The notes under the pieces were generated by a model that saw only the letters and a program-made list of their open reading frames with translations, ran no database searches and was not told where the DNA came from. 64,000 bases of DNA from an uncultured Verrucomicrobiae bacterium (GTDB lineage: Bacteria > Verrucomicrobiota > Verrucomicrobiia > Limisphaerales > Palsa-1400), in assembly GCA_963707025.1 (NCBI GenBank), contig CAVPOM010000006.1, positions 1-64,000 of the forward strand, read 5' to 3'. Below are positions 21,052 through 31,608 of this stretch, in pieces. Position 1 is the first letter of the stretch. Each line of letters starts with the position of its first letter. Position numbers and translations under genes: made by a program.

Positions 21052-22578
21052 ATGACTCTGGCGGAACTACAAACTCAATTCAACCGGCTGCAAGAGCAAG
21101 TCTCCTCCTTGCAGCAGGCGTTGGAACAGGCCCAGCGCGAGAACACGGTCTTGCGCCAAAAGCTCGATGCGTTGGCCCGGCGGTTCTTTGGCAAAAAGAG
21201 CGAGCAGTTGAATGCCGCCCAACTGGAGTTGCTCCTCCAGGGGTTGGTGGAGAATGTCGTCTCCGAAGAAAAGAAGGAGCCGCCGGCGCGGCCCGCGCCG
21301 CGCCCTGTTTTTGCCACTTCCAAACGTATTCGCACCCCGGACCACCTGGAAGTGGTGCGCCAAGTGATCGAACCGGAGCTGGTGCGGGCCGAGCCCAACC
21401 AATGGAAAAAGATCGGTGAGGAAATCAGCCGTCGGCTGGATTATCAACCGGGCCAGTTCTTCTGGCAGGAAACGGTGCGGCCCAAGTATGTGCGCCTGGG
21501 CCGGCGGGAACTGCCGCCGGTGATCGCGCCCGCCCCGGCCCAAGTGGCCGAGCATGGCCTGGCCGCGCCCGGCTTGCTGGCGCAAATCCTGGTGAGCAAG
21601 TATTGTGATCATCTGCCCTTCTACCGGCAGGAACAGATTTTTCGGCAACGGCACGATGTGTTCATCAGCCGGCAACAGATGGTGCAATGGACCGCGCAGA
21701 GCGTGCGTCTGCTCTCGGCCATCCGCGATGACCTCAAAAAGCAACTGCGTCAGAGCCGTTATGTGCAGGTGGATGAAACGCCGGTGCGCTATCAAGACCC
21801 CGACCTGCCAGGCCGCTGCGGCCAGGGTTATCTGTGGGCGGCCTCGGTGCCCGGCCAGGGCGTGGTCTATGAATGGCACGCCAGCCGGGCGGCCCGTTGT
21901 TTGGACTCCCTCTTAGGTTCAGGCTACCAGGGCAAGCTGCAAAGCGACGGCTATAGCGCCTATCCCGCCTTTGTCAAAAACAAGGCGGTGGAACTGTTCG
22001 GCTGCTGGGCCCATGCCCGGCGTGGATTTTTTGAGGCGCAGGCACAAGCGCCCCAAGTGGCGGGCTGGTTTTTAAACCAGATCGGCCAGATGTATGGCTG
22101 GGAGAGACAACTGCGGTTGAGCCGGGCCGGGCCGGCCTTGCGCCAAGCCCATCGTCGCGCCCACAGCCGCATGGTGGTGGAACGCTTTCATCGCGCACTG
22201 CACCGGCTGCGCCCGCGCTACCTGCCGCAAAGCCCGCTGGGTCAGGCCATCAGCTATACCTTGAACCAATGGCCGACCTTGGCACGGTTCCTGGACCACG
22301 GCGAAGTGGAGATCGATAATAACCTGGTGGAAAACGCCATCCGGCCCACCGCCATCGGCAAAAAGAACTGGCTCTTCTTCGGCTCCGAAGAAGCCGGCCA
22401 GCGCAGCGCCGTCCTTTACACCCTGATCGAAAACTGCCGACGCCAGGGCGTGGAACCCTATACCTACCTCAAAGACGTGCTGGAGCGCCTGCCCACCACG
22501 ACCAACCAGGAAATCGGCCAACTGACGCCGCTCAACTGGAAGAAAGCCCGTCAACAGCAAGACAGGCTGGCCGCCTGA
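21052..22578 (+). CDS. tnpC: IS66 transposase TnpC
   Basis: FGKKSE, HLPFYRQ, DETP, CWAHARR, IDNNLVENAIR. Confidence 0.95.
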   Translation: MTLAELQTQFNRLQEQVSSLQQALEQAQRENTVLRQKLDALARRFFGKKSEQLNAAQLELLLQGLVENVVSEEKKEPPARPAPRPVFATSKRIRTPDHLEVVRQVIEPELVRAEPNQWKKIGEEISRRLDYQPGQFFWQETVRPKYVRLGRRELPPVIAPAPAQVAEHGLAAPGLLAQILVSKYCDHLPFYRQEQIFRQRHDVFISRQQMVQWTAQSVRLLSAIRDDLKKQLRQSRYVQVDETPVRYQDPDLPGRCGQGYLWAASVPGQGVVYEWHASRAARCLDSLLGSGYQGKLQSDGYSAYPAFVKNKAVELFGCWAHARRGFFEAQAQAPQVAGWFLNQIGQMYGWERQLRLSRAGPALRQAHRRAHSRMVVERFHRALHRLRPRYLPQSPLGQAISYTLNQWPTLARFLDHGEVEIDNNLVENAIRPTAIGKKNWLFFGSEEAGQRSAVLYTLIENCRRQGVEPYTYLKDVLERLPTTTNQEIGQLTPLNWKKARQQQDRLAA

Positions 22579-22665
22579 AATACAACGGCCAGCGGCAAGC
22601 AACTTCCTTGCCTGCCTACCGGGGTTGCCGCTTATCCGCTTACACCCGTGCGTCCCTTTCCCCCG

Positions 22666-23694
22666 TCAAGGAGCCACTTCCAGCCGAAAGAAAAGTTGGT
22701 TCCAATCGGCCACGTTAAAGTATTGCGGATACGTCATGGTGGAATTGGTGGCTGCGAAAGTCGAGCCGTAGTTGGTGAACGGGCCGTTCAAATTCGTGGA
22801 GATTTGCAACCGGTAATTCGTGCCGAGATAAAGATCGGCAAACGACGGAACGACTGCTTTCAATATCGAGATTTGTGGCGTGGATTCGTAGGCATACAAC
22901 TGTCCCACTTCGTTTGATGAAAGCGCTCGGTTGTAGATTCGCACATCGTCAATGAGACCGTTAAATACGTTCCATATTTGGCTGCTCCACTGCGACGCTC
23001 CAATCCGCCAAAACTGATTGTTGAGGTAATTCAGGGTTGAATCGTAGTATCCAACATACGGACTCGCAACGACTCCGGAAAGCGTTGAGATACCTGAATC
23101 CTGGGCGCTCAACACCCCATCAACATATACCAGAATTGTCCCATTCCCGTCCACTACGACAGCGCAGGAATGCCAACGATTATCATCTACGACCGTCTTG
23201 CTGTCGTTGAGAAAACTGAGAGGGTACGATCGATTGTCAAAAAACAGTTGGTTTGTTCCGTCCTGTAGAGATGAAAACCACAGGCTCGCAAAATAGTAAT
23301 TGTCCCCCGTCGGCGAGTATCCATCCGGCCCAGAAAAATCCGTGATTATTTGAAGTGCGGGGCCAAATTGTGGGTTGTAATTGGTTCTCGCCAAAAACCA
23401 GACTGAGATCGTCATCGCGTCATGCGGATTTCCCAAAGCGATTGAACTCCCAATGTCAACGTGGCTGTTGGTACCGTTGAAGGAATAACAAGCGTTGGAA
23501 ACCCCGAAACGGTCAGGCGCCAGCGTGGTGTTTATGTTGGTACCATTGTGTCCATTGCCGCTGGCGTCATTCGCATTGCCGTTGAACGGGTAATAGGCCA
23601 CAAGACCGTTGGTGAGGAAGGATTGGGCTTGGGTCTGAGCCGCCAGAGCCAAGCTAATTGTGAAGATTCCGAATAATGATGTTGTTGTTTTCAT
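22666..23694 (-). CDS. Exported LamG-like jellyroll protein
   Basis: GLVAYYPFNGNANDASGNG; FNGLIDDVRIYNRALS. Confidence 0.88.
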   Translation of the reverse strand: MKTTTSLFGIFTISLALAAQTQAQSFLTNGLVAYYPFNGNANDASGNGHNGTNINTTLAPDRFGVSNACYSFNGTNSHVDIGSSIALGNPHDAMTISVWFLARTNYNPQFGPALQIITDFSGPDGYSPTGDNYYFASLWFSSLQDGTNQLFFDNRSYPLSFLNDSKTVVDDNRWHSCAVVVDGNGTILVYVDGVLSAQDSGISTLSGVVASPYVGYYDSTLNYLNNQFWRIGASQWSSQIWNVFNGLIDDVRIYNRALSSNEVGQLYAYESTPQISILKAVVPSFADLYLGTNYRLQISTNLNGPFTNYGSTFAATNSTMTYPQYFNVADWNQLFFRLEVAP

Positions 23695-23704
23695 AAAGTG
23701 CTTT

Positions 23705-25154
23705 CACACCCGTCTCATAAGGGGAAAAGTCTGGTGCTGACCTGTTCATTTGCAAGGGTTTAATTGGTCTTCGGGGTAAAATGAGATTTTGATTTTTCCG
23801 AGTTTGGCTTTTGGGTTTGGTATGCGCCTGTTTGGGCGCGTGTGCTGTCCCATAGCTTTATTGGAAGCCGGGGAAATACGCCTGCTCGGGCCGCGCCAAG
23901 TGGCGAAAGCTGCCGCCTGCTGTCCCATAGCACGCCAGCAAATTGAGCAGATCATATTTCTCCCAGAGCGCCGCCCGCAAAATCGTGAACAGCCGGGTGA
24001 AGCTGTGCGCCCAGTTGGAGAGGTGACTGAGGTAGCGCAACAGCACGTAGGTCAACAGCGCCGTCCACACCTGCCAGCGCACGGCGTTGGCGTTGTGGCC
24101 CAGAAAATCCGCCAACTGCAAGGTCTGCTTGATTTGTTTGAAGAAGACTTCGATCTGCCAGCGGCAGCGGTAAAGGTCGGCCACGCTGCGCGGACTCCAC
24201 TCCAGGTTGTTGGTCAGGAAGGTCATTTCCCGTTCCTCTCCATCAATCTCGACCAGCGCCACCACCCGGCGCATCAACTCCGGCGCGGGTTTGTTCTCGT
24301 TGCTCAGGACGATCACTTCGTCGCGCAAAATCTTCGGGTCTCTGGAGGCGGGCATTTTCCGCACCACCTCATAGCCCATGTTCTCCTTGGCCCGCGTCAC
24401 CCAAAAGACCCCGCGCCCGTCCAAATCCCGCAAGTGGCCGAAGTCCACATAACCCTTGTCGAACAAGGCGATTTCGCCGCTCTTCAAGTCGGCGCACAGT
24501 TCCCGCGCCCGTCGGTTGTCGTGCTCGGCGGCAGTGTCCACAATGACAAAACCGGGCAAAAGATTCTGCAGATTCAACCGCATATGGGTTTTGGCGGCGG
24601 CCTTGCGCCGGCGGTGCTTGGCCCAGTCCAGGCAGTTGGCCACCAGTTCCATGGTCGTGCTATCAATCACATGGATGGGCATCTTGAAACGGAAGGCGGG
24701 GCCACGGCGCTGGCCCGCGGCAAAGCCGGGCGTCTGTGCTTTCAAATGCTCCAGGACCCGCCAGAAGAGTTGTTCGGCCATCTGGGCCGGACGCTCCCGG
24801 TTGGCGTGGGAGAGGCCGTTGCGGCTGGGGGCGCTGGCGCCGCGCAAAGTGGACAGCGGCCCGGAATGCAATTGCAGCGAGTCGCACAGATCGTTGAGTC
24901 CGATGCAATGGGTGAGTTGCGCGTCCAGCAAACTGACCGTGTGACTCCACGGACTGAAGGTGCGCGACTTATCCAGACCCCGGTCTCCCGCGCTATTTTG
25001 GAGACTTCATGCGCAGGAATGAGATTGCAAATCTGGCGCAAAACGTTAAACCGGGACCGTGTTGGTTTGATTTTTTTGTTTTTCATGCCTGCCTTGTGGC
25101 AGGTTCAAATGGTCAAGCCAACACTTTTTTCCAATTTCCTGTGGGATGGCTGTG
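23705..25154 (-). mobile_element. IS4-family element, copy 1 (transposase has a 1-bp deletion near 24977)
   Basis: Ends CACACCCGTCTCA / TGGGATGGCTGTG; 9-bp TSD AAGTGCTTT; nearly identical to 37655-39105. Confidence 0.95.
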
Positions 25155-25369
25155 AAGTGCTTTCATTCCGTCGGGAAGCCAACAGGTCCATTTCCATCCC
25201 GGCAACCCTCAATCCCGAACGGAATTGGACACCTGCCCCCGGCAACTAAACCAGACCTCTGGAGATGCGGACACTTTGAACCTTCTCCCGATAAAGTGCA
25301 AGCGAAATCCACGAAACTAGGCGTTACCGACATGGCAGCATTTTGCGGTTCGTGCTCTCTGGTATGGTC

Positions 25370-25591
25370 ATGTCCGGTATTCAGAAGCACCGCCGCCTTT
25401 TGGGTGAGGCAATCCGCGCCAAGCGGAAAGAGGCTGGATTCAGCCAGGAGAAGTTGGCAGAGAAAGCCGGCCTCTCCACCGTGTTTATTAGCCGAATCGA
25501 GCGGGGCGTCGAATCACCAGTGGTGGATAATCTCGTGAAAATCGCGAGGGCTTTGGGCGTGCGGGTCCGGGACCTGGTTGCCGGATTTTAA
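25370..25591 (+). CDS. XRE-family HTH regulator
   Basis: GFSQEKLAEKAGLSTVFISRIERG. Confidence 0.88.
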   Translation: MSGIQKHRRLLGEAIRAKRKEAGFSQEKLAEKAGLSTVFISRIERGVESPVVDNLVKIARALGVRVRDLVAGF

Positions 25592-25836
25592 TGCGGGTCG
25601 CTGAGAGGCTCTACCGGAGTACCAAGCGACCGCGCTTTGTCCGCGCATTCTTGGCAGACATGAGAACTCTGGGTGAACTGCTTATCTCCCTGAGGCGTGT
25701 GCTGTATTATTGGCCTCTTAATCTTTGCAACTGCAATTCTGTCGGGATGTTTGTAGCAAAATAGGTCCATCGTTTTTACCTTTCTTGGTTGGTTGGCCCA
25801 ATAATGCCAGCCGTTCAGGGCGTCGTCAAACCGCAA
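25588..25836 (-). CDS. Small hypothetical protein (start uncertain)
   Basis: CYKH...CQEC motifs; low GC. Confidence 0.35.
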   Translation of the reverse strand: MRFDDALNGWHYWANQPRKVKTMDLFCYKHPDRIAVAKIKRPIIQHTPQGDKQFTQSSHVCQECADKARSLGTPVEPLSDPH

Positions 25837-26210
25837 TTAAAACGGATTCCCCGGCGCTTCCATAAAATCGCCTTGGAAATCTGTTTCTGTCGCCGGCCCC
25901 ACATCAATGTTGTCAGCTTCCGCTGGCCGGGATTCCTGCCAACGCGATTCGGCCGCCTTATCGAACGCCAAGTCTGTGAATTTTCGCAACCAAGGAGGTG
26001 TAAACAAATTACGGCAGCAACCTGACTGGTTCATTTCGCGGCTGGCGGCGTTGCTTCTCAGTCGAAGATCCACGAGGGATATTCTCCTTCGTCGCGCCTT
26101 GCCAGCCGGGAAAATCCCTGCGTCATCTTGCGCCCGTAATTTATTTGCGCCTCCTGCGCCGAAAGCGCCGCGATCATGTTCTTTTTCCCCGCCTCATCCA
26201 GAACCGAGTA

Positions 26211-26297
26211 AACCGCGAAATACTCAAAATACGCGAACCCAGAAAGTATCGGCGGAAAAACTTTGCAGTTTTCGCGTGTTTCGCGTGTTTCGCGGTT
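26211..26297. repeat. Inverted repeat with 9-bp internal periodicity downstream of gspK
   Basis: AACCGCGAAATACTCAAAATACGCGAA pairs with TTCGCGTGTTTCGCGTGTTTCGCGGTT (23/27). Confidence 0.75.
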
Positions 26298-26402
26298 AAG
26301 AGAATTTCTTCCGGCCTGCGCAACAACAATCGCCGGTTCTTCCCGAAGAGGATGTCAGAAATAACTGAGGTTGATCGGCGCAGACCGGCGCCGTAAGCCG
26401 CT

Positions 26403-27662
26403 TCATTCCTCCCAATGAAAGCGGACACACTGAATCTGGGTGGCGTTTTGACCGCCCCGGCTGACGACGCCGACAAAGTTGCGCTTGACCCCGTTGATTT
26501 CCGCCTCGACATGCACCTCGAAGACATAACTGCGCACGTCGCAATATGCCGCCAGTCCGCCGGCCGCGATGCCGGCTGGCGGGGTGCCGGCAATGCCGCC
26601 CGGCGTGGCCCCCTGAGGCGGCACGCCCCCGGGCGGCATCCCTGCCGGCGGCATCATGCCCGGCGGAACCCCGCCGCCCGGCAGGCCGCTGTTCATTTCC
26701 TGCACGGAATGAAAGGGAACGTCGTCTTCGGTGCCAGGAATGCCATCCGGCCCGTTGCGCTGCTCGATGATTCGTTCGGCGGTGTTGGCGTCAATGCCTG
26801 GAATGAGTTGCAGGGTTTTGGCCGAGGCGGTGTTGATGTTGAGCTTGGCGCCAAAGGGGGAAAACAGTTCCACCAGGCCGACCGGATTGGGCACATCCTT
26901 GTTGGCCTCGTTGGCGAAGCGGCTTTTGGCGGCGTGCGGGGTGTGATTGAACCCCTGTTGCTGGTAAGCTGCCGGCGGGTGGTTGGTCGAGTTGGATCCC
27001 CAGTAAATTTCAGGCGTGACTCCCTGGACGAGCAGCAGTTCGGACATATCCTCAATCGGCCCTTTCTTGCAGTTATACGGCGGACTCATCCGGTTGTAGT
27101 ATTCGTTCTTGGCGCCGTTAATGCGGGAATCAGCGGCGGGACTTCTCCAGTCCAGGATCGAATCCATGATCTTGGAGGATTGGGAGGGGTCGGTGACGCC
27201 GCATTCCGTCAGCGCCTTCTGCAGGATATCCATCTGCGGCGCTCGTGGATCGGTCACGAGGTTGATGCAAAACTTCCGCTCCATGTCGGTGATTTTCACG
27301 GAGATTTTCCCATTGCCGAGGGGGAAATCTTTAAAGGCGTATCCGTCGCCGTGAGCATAAGCCTCCAGTTGCGGGTCGTTGTTGCTGCAGGCCGCGTTGC
27401 CGCCCGCCCAAAACTGGTTCAGCGCGTCAATGTCCCTTTGTTCCGGGCACTTGTTGCCCAGGGCGAAACGGGCCAGTTCGATGCCGGAACGGCCCATCCA
27501 CTCCAGTTCCACGTCATAATCGGTGATCTGCGCCAGGCGCATCTCCACCGACATGGAATAGGCAAAGGCGGCCACCAGGACGGAGAGCGCAAAGATGACC
27601 ACCATGACCAGCATCAGAGCGATGCCGCGCGGGGAGGAAGAATGGAGGGGTCGTGTTTTCAC
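26403..27662 (-). CDS. gspK: Type II secretion minor pseudopilin GspK
   Basis: RGIALMLVMVVI, ILDW, ELLLVQGVT, LNINTAS. Confidence 0.88.
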   Translation of the reverse strand: MKTRPLHSSSPRGIALMLVMVVIFALSVLVAAFAYSMSVEMRLAQITDYDVELEWMGRSGIELARFALGNKCPEQRDIDALNQFWAGGNAACSNNDPQLEAYAHGDGYAFKDFPLGNGKISVKITDMERKFCINLVTDPRAPQMDILQKALTECGVTDPSQSSKIMDSILDWRSPAADSRINGAKNEYYNRMSPPYNCKKGPIEDMSELLLVQGVTPEIYWGSNSTNHPPAAYQQQGFNHTPHAAKSRFANEANKDVPNPVGLVELFSPFGAKLNINTASAKTLQLIPGIDANTAERIIEQRNGPDGIPGTEDDVPFHSVQEMNSGLPGGGVPPGMMPPAGMPPGGVPPQGATPGGIAGTPPAGIAAGGLAAYCDVRSYVFEVHVEAEINGVKRNFVGVVSRGGQNATQIQCVRFHWEE

Positions 27663-28327
27663 TTGTGAGCCAGGACGGGCGGAACGACCACCCGTTGAAT
27701 CACCTCAAAGGGAAGCCTCGCGTCCTGGGGCGAGTGGCCCGTGCCGAGCGTGATGCGGATCATGGGCGGGACTTCGTTGGTTTTGAGGAACTCGGAAAGC
27801 CAGTCCTCATCCTTGGGCGACCAAAATTCCAAAACAAAAGCGCTCACGTCCCGCGCCAGGGTGATGGATTTGGGAGGATACTGGTCGCTCGGAATGGCCA
27901 GCAGCGGATACTGGGTCATGACAAGGTTAAGTTGGTTGCCCGCGCCTTTCTCCACGTCGAAAATCACGCGGCGCATGACCTGATCGCCAAAATAATCGGA
28001 GCCGAGAAAGGAAGCCGGCAGGCGGGCGGAGAAGCTGAGGGAGGCAAACTGAGCGTCCGAGGTGTCGGCGATAAAAGAATAGTAGCGAATGTTGGGAGTC
28101 GAAATCTCCAGGTTGTTGAGCGAGTCTTCCACCGCCCGCATGCTGGTGCGGGCGCGCTGGGCCATGGCCGCGGCCCTCTCCCCGGTCTGCGTGCCGCTGA
28201 CGATGGCCTTCCAACAGGCCATGATGCTGCCCATCATCAGCATGAACAGGAACAGGGCCACCAAGATTTCCACCAGCGTAAAAGCGCGGGCGCGGGTGTG
28301 GGCCGGCAGTTTCATAACCTGGTTCAA
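27659..28327 (-). CDS. gspJ: Pseudopilin, GspJ-like
   Basis: AFTLVEILVAL; W...P...IRITL C-terminus; gene order. Confidence 0.75.
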   Translation of the reverse strand: MNQVMKLPAHTRARAFTLVEILVALFLFMLMMGSIMACWKAIVSGTQTGERAAAMAQRARTSMRAVEDSLNNLEISTPNIRYYSFIADTSDAQFASLSFSARLPASFLGSDYFGDQVMRRVIFDVEKGAGNQLNLVMTQYPLLAIPSDQYPPKSITLARDVSAFVLEFWSPKDEDWLSEFLKTNEVPPMIRITLGTGHSPQDARLPFEVIQRVVVPPVLAHK

Positions 28328-28812
28328 AACTTCTTCTGCGACTCGGGCTTGAAGAGGAGGATGCTCATGGTGGAAAAAACTTTCTCCTCGTGAAAAACGG
28401 TCACATCCACCTGAAAAAGACCATTGGTCAGAATCTCATGAGGACTGAGCAGAAAGCTGTAGCCCGGATAAATCTCGCCGAAATCACCGCTGACAGGCAC
28501 CTCCTCAAGCTTGTTGGTCAGAGTCAACTTGGCCACCGCCATGGTCGCGGTGGGGGCGTTTTTCTGCAAAATGGCCGCGGCATGCAGACCGTTGCTCAGC
28601 ACCCCCAACAGGGCAAACATCGCCATAAAAAAGATCGCGGCCGCGATCATGACTTCCAGCAGCGTGAAAGCCAGCCGCGCGCGGTCCAGCCAGGCCCTCC
28701 CGCCGGCGGGCCTTGACAGAAGAATCAACGTCGCGCTGCCGTCGTGCGGCGGGCCGGGGACTTCCCGCCCTGCCACCCGTGACGGAGCCAGGGCTGTTGG
28801 GCGCGTCTTCAT
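28324..28812 (-). CDS. gspI: Pseudopilin, GspI-like
   Basis: AFTLLEVMIAAAIF; gene order. Confidence 0.7.
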   Translation of the reverse strand: MKTRPTALAPSRVAGREVPGPPHDGSATLILLSRPAGGRAWLDRARLAFTLLEVMIAAAIFFMAMFALLGVLSNGLHAAAILQKNAPTATMAVAKLTLTNKLEEVPVSGDFGEIYPGYSFLLSPHEILTNGLFQVDVTVFHEEKVFSTMSILLFKPESQKKF

Positions 28813-29315
28813 CGGGATGTCGAAATATCCGCCAGGGCCGTCACCTGGTCGAGGGTGATCGTGCAGAGCGTCCCGTCCTGGTCGGAATGAATGACGATCG
28901 TAAAGTCATCACTGGTGCCTTTGGCAAAGAAACGGACCGTGACAACATCCGTGTCTTCCAGCGCCAGTTCCATTCCATTCAACGAAATGGACTGGATGCT
29001 GATTTCGGGCGGAAGGGTCGTCATGGGGAAGACGCCAGGGGCTTCGAAGGTTTTGTCCGTGGGCCTGATGATCAGCTCCTGGGGGCCGGCTTTGAGGATG
29101 GCGCCGCCGCGGGCTTTCTGGCAGGCTTCCAGCAAGTCGGACTGGGCCTTGCGCATGCCTTCCTTGTGCAGGGCGCGCACAAAGGCCGGCACGCCCAGCG
29201 TTAAAGTCAGCCCGATGATGCCGACCACCACCAGGATTTCAATCAACGTGAAAGCCCCGCCCCGGCGGGCGCGGCGTGCCATCGGAGACCGAGGAGTAAA
29301 GGGGTTGGCGTTCAT
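28809..29315 (-). CDS. gspH: Pseudopilin, GspH/FimT-like
   Basis: AFTLIEILVVVGII; VRFFAKG. Confidence 0.72.
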   Translation of the reverse strand: MNANPFTPRSPMARRARRGGAFTLIEILVVVGIIGLTLTLGVPAFVRALHKEGMRKAQSDLLEACQKARGGAILKAGPQELIIRPTDKTFEAPGVFPMTTLPPEISIQSISLNGMELALEDTDVVTVRFFAKGTSDDFTIVIHSDQDGTLCTITLDQVTALADISTSR

Positions 29316-30601
29316 CCCTGCACGTTGATGCTGGCGGTGATGGAGAACAAAGCGGAGAGAATGGCGATGAGCAAAAAGCCGACGAAAATGGCCATGACAC
29401 AAATGATGATGGGCTCGATCATGTTGGTCATCACCCGCAGGCCGATGTTCAGTTGGTTTTCGTAGGTCTCGGCCAGGTTGGCCAGCGATCCGGGAACGTC
29501 CCCCGTCTCCTCGCCGATCTTGATCAGATCCACCATCAGTTGCGGAAACACTTTGCTGCGGGCCAGGGGCTGGGCGATGGTTTTGCCGTCGGTCACTTCC
29601 TGGCGGGTCGTGGCGATGGCTTGTTTGAGGATGCGATTGGGGACGATTTGCTCGGCGATCTCCATGGCTTTCAAGACCGGGACGCCGTTCTGGAGCAGGG
29701 TGGACAGGGTGCGGCAGAACTGGCCGAAAAGATGGAGGCGCACCACCTTGCCCACAATCGGCACGCTCATTTTCCAGCGGTCAATCTTGGTCTTGCCATC
29801 TTCGGTGGCCCGGTAGCGGCTAAAGAGGAAGCCCACGATGATGAGGATCACCAAGAGCAGCCAGGACCAATGCTTGAAGAAATCGTTGAGGGCGATCAAG
29901 ATCTTCGTCGGCAGCGGCAGTTCGACGTGCAACCCCTCAAAGAGCTTCAAAAAATTCGGCAGCATCACGGTCATGAAGAAAATCGAGATGGCAATGCCGA
30001 CACAGATGACAAAGGCCGGATAAATCAGGGCGGAAGTGAACTTGGCCTGCACCTCGGAAAAGCGCTCAAAATGGTCTCCCATGCGGCGCAAGACCTCGAC
30101 CAGCGCGCCGCTTTGCTCGCCGGCGCGGACCATGTTGACATAAAGATCGGAAAAGATGATCTTCTGTTTGGCCATGGCTTCGGACAGGCCCTTGCCTTCC
30201 ATCACATCCTGCTTGAGCTGGCGGCTCACCTCTGCCGGGATGCCCTTGGTTTCCAGGTGCGTCATGCTGTTGAGGGCCACCGTCAGCGGCATGCCGCATT
30301 TGAGCAAATTGGCCAGTTGATTGGTGAACGTCGCCAATTCCTGCAATTTGGGCTTGTGTTGTTTCTGGAGATTTTGGCGCAGGGCCGGAGGCAGGAATTC
30401 CATCCAAGACGCGCTTTTGGCGCCCGTTTGTGGCGCGGCGGCGGCAGCGGCGGCGGCCGCCCCTTTGGGCATCTCCACCGCGATGGGGAACAATCCCAGG
30501 CGCTCGATTTGCATCAAGGCAGCCCCCCGGTCAGCCACTTCCAGGATTCCCGTGACCACTTCACCCGATCGTTTTCGGGCCTTGTAATTGAATTGCGCCA
30601 T
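29312..30601 (-). CDS. gspF: Type II secretion/pilus platform protein GspF/PilC
   Basis: FNYKAR, MVRAGEQSG, ALIYP, IGEETG, MIEP. Confidence 0.92.
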   Translation of the reverse strand: MAQFNYKARKRSGEVVTGILEVADRGAALMQIERLGLFPIAVEMPKGAAAAAAAAAPQTGAKSASWMEFLPPALRQNLQKQHKPKLQELATFTNQLANLLKCGMPLTVALNSMTHLETKGIPAEVSRQLKQDVMEGKGLSEAMAKQKIIFSDLYVNMVRAGEQSGALVEVLRRMGDHFERFSEVQAKFTSALIYPAFVICVGIAISIFFMTVMLPNFLKLFEGLHVELPLPTKILIALNDFFKHWSWLLLVILIIVGFLFSRYRATEDGKTKIDRWKMSVPIVGKVVRLHLFGQFCRTLSTLLQNGVPVLKAMEIAEQIVPNRILKQAIATTRQEVTDGKTIAQPLARSKVFPQLMVDLIKIGEETGDVPGSLANLAETYENQLNIGLRVMTNMIEPIIICVMAIFVGFLLIAILSALFSITASINVQG

Positions 30602-30883
30602 AGCTGCCCGGCCAATGCGGCCGATTCTCCCTCTATTAACCCGCCGGAAGGGGAAAGTTGCAAGCCACAATTCAATCCGGCCAAGTTATTTTGAACGAAA
30701 AGAGCGCCGATCTGCTCTGATAATACGGAGAAGAAAAGCTGCTCGGCAGTGGTTTGGCAGAGGGGTCGTGCTGGTAATGAGGTGCGAGCAGCATGGATGT
30801 TGGCCTCATTACAAATTGTGCGCCAGGTGAGCGCTCCCGGACCCCATCACCTTGAGAGCCGGGCATTGCCCGGCTCTCCTTTT

Positions 30884-31174
30884 TTATTCCAAGCCGAGGA
30901 GTTGGCTGAAGATTTCATAGACGACTTTGCGGCGTTCGGCAAAAACCACCCTGAACCCCGGCCCATCCCGGCTGGGGACTGATTGAAGAATAAGGCGGCA
31001 GCGTTCCACCTTCAACTTGTAGAAACCCTCCAATTCATCCTCCAGCGGCTCGGGAAACGCGGTCCCGCGTTCCACGGCGCGCAGAACGTCCCGCAGCCGT
31101 TTTCGGTTCCCTGGCGGCTGGCGCCGGATGAATTCCAACGGTTGCTGTTCAATCGTTATTTTAAGCTTCGACAT
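30884..31174 (-). CDS. RelE/ParE-like toxin
   Basis: PLEDELEGFYKLKV...VFAERRKVVYE; lies downstream of the antitoxin. Confidence 0.7.
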   Translation of the reverse strand: MSKLKITIEQQPLEFIRRQPPGNRKRLRDVLRAVERGTAFPEPLEDELEGFYKLKVERCRLILQSVPSRDGPGFRVVFAERRKVVYEIFSQLLGLE

Positions 31175-31206
31175 GCGCCGCAGACCATGGATATTCACCG
31201 CGTGTG

Positions 31207-31449
31207 TCAAGCCCTGTCCAGGATGTCCAGCGGATGATCCACCGTCTTGCCCGCCTTGGCCTGTAGGATGGCGGACATGGCCTCCGGGTTGGCCAGAATC
31301 TCCATCTGCTCCAAAAGGCCGGCCATCCGTTTGCGCGGCACAATAAAAGCCACCACTTCGCCATTCCGGGTAATAGCGGAAGTTCTTCCCCTCCGGCACA
31401 GGGCGGGAAATTGCGCCTGCCCCTGCGTCACTGTCAACGTATTCTTCAT
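31207..31449 (-). CDS. Phd/YefM-like antitoxin
   Basis: TVTQGQAQFPAL...ITRNGEVVAFIV...MEILANP. Confidence 0.8.
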   Translation of the reverse strand: MKNTLTVTQGQAQFPALCRRGRTSAITRNGEVVAFIVPRKRMAGLLEQMEILANPEAMSAILQAKAGKTVDHPLDILDRA

Positions 31450-31608
31450 GGTGAACTATACATAGGCCATTTCGGGCAGAATGGCAAGCAGTCCTTCGTC
31501 ATGGGCTTTTCCTTGCCGCTCAATCCGCAATCGGCAATCCGTAATGGCCCACACCCCCAACATTTGCGCTTGCGCGAAGCGCGTGCGGGAATTTAAAGTG
31601 GTTCCGCC

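Larger units (their letters stand above)
20230..22643 (+). mobile_element. Complete IS66-family element
   Basis: TIRs GTAAGCGGATAAGCGGC; 8-bp TSD ACCCGTGC at 20222-20229 and 22644-22651. Confidence 0.97.

Noticed and set aside
25837..26170. Intact gene between the XRE gene and gspK
   Set aside because: Only short fragmentary ORFs without recognisable motifs; possibly a decayed remnant.
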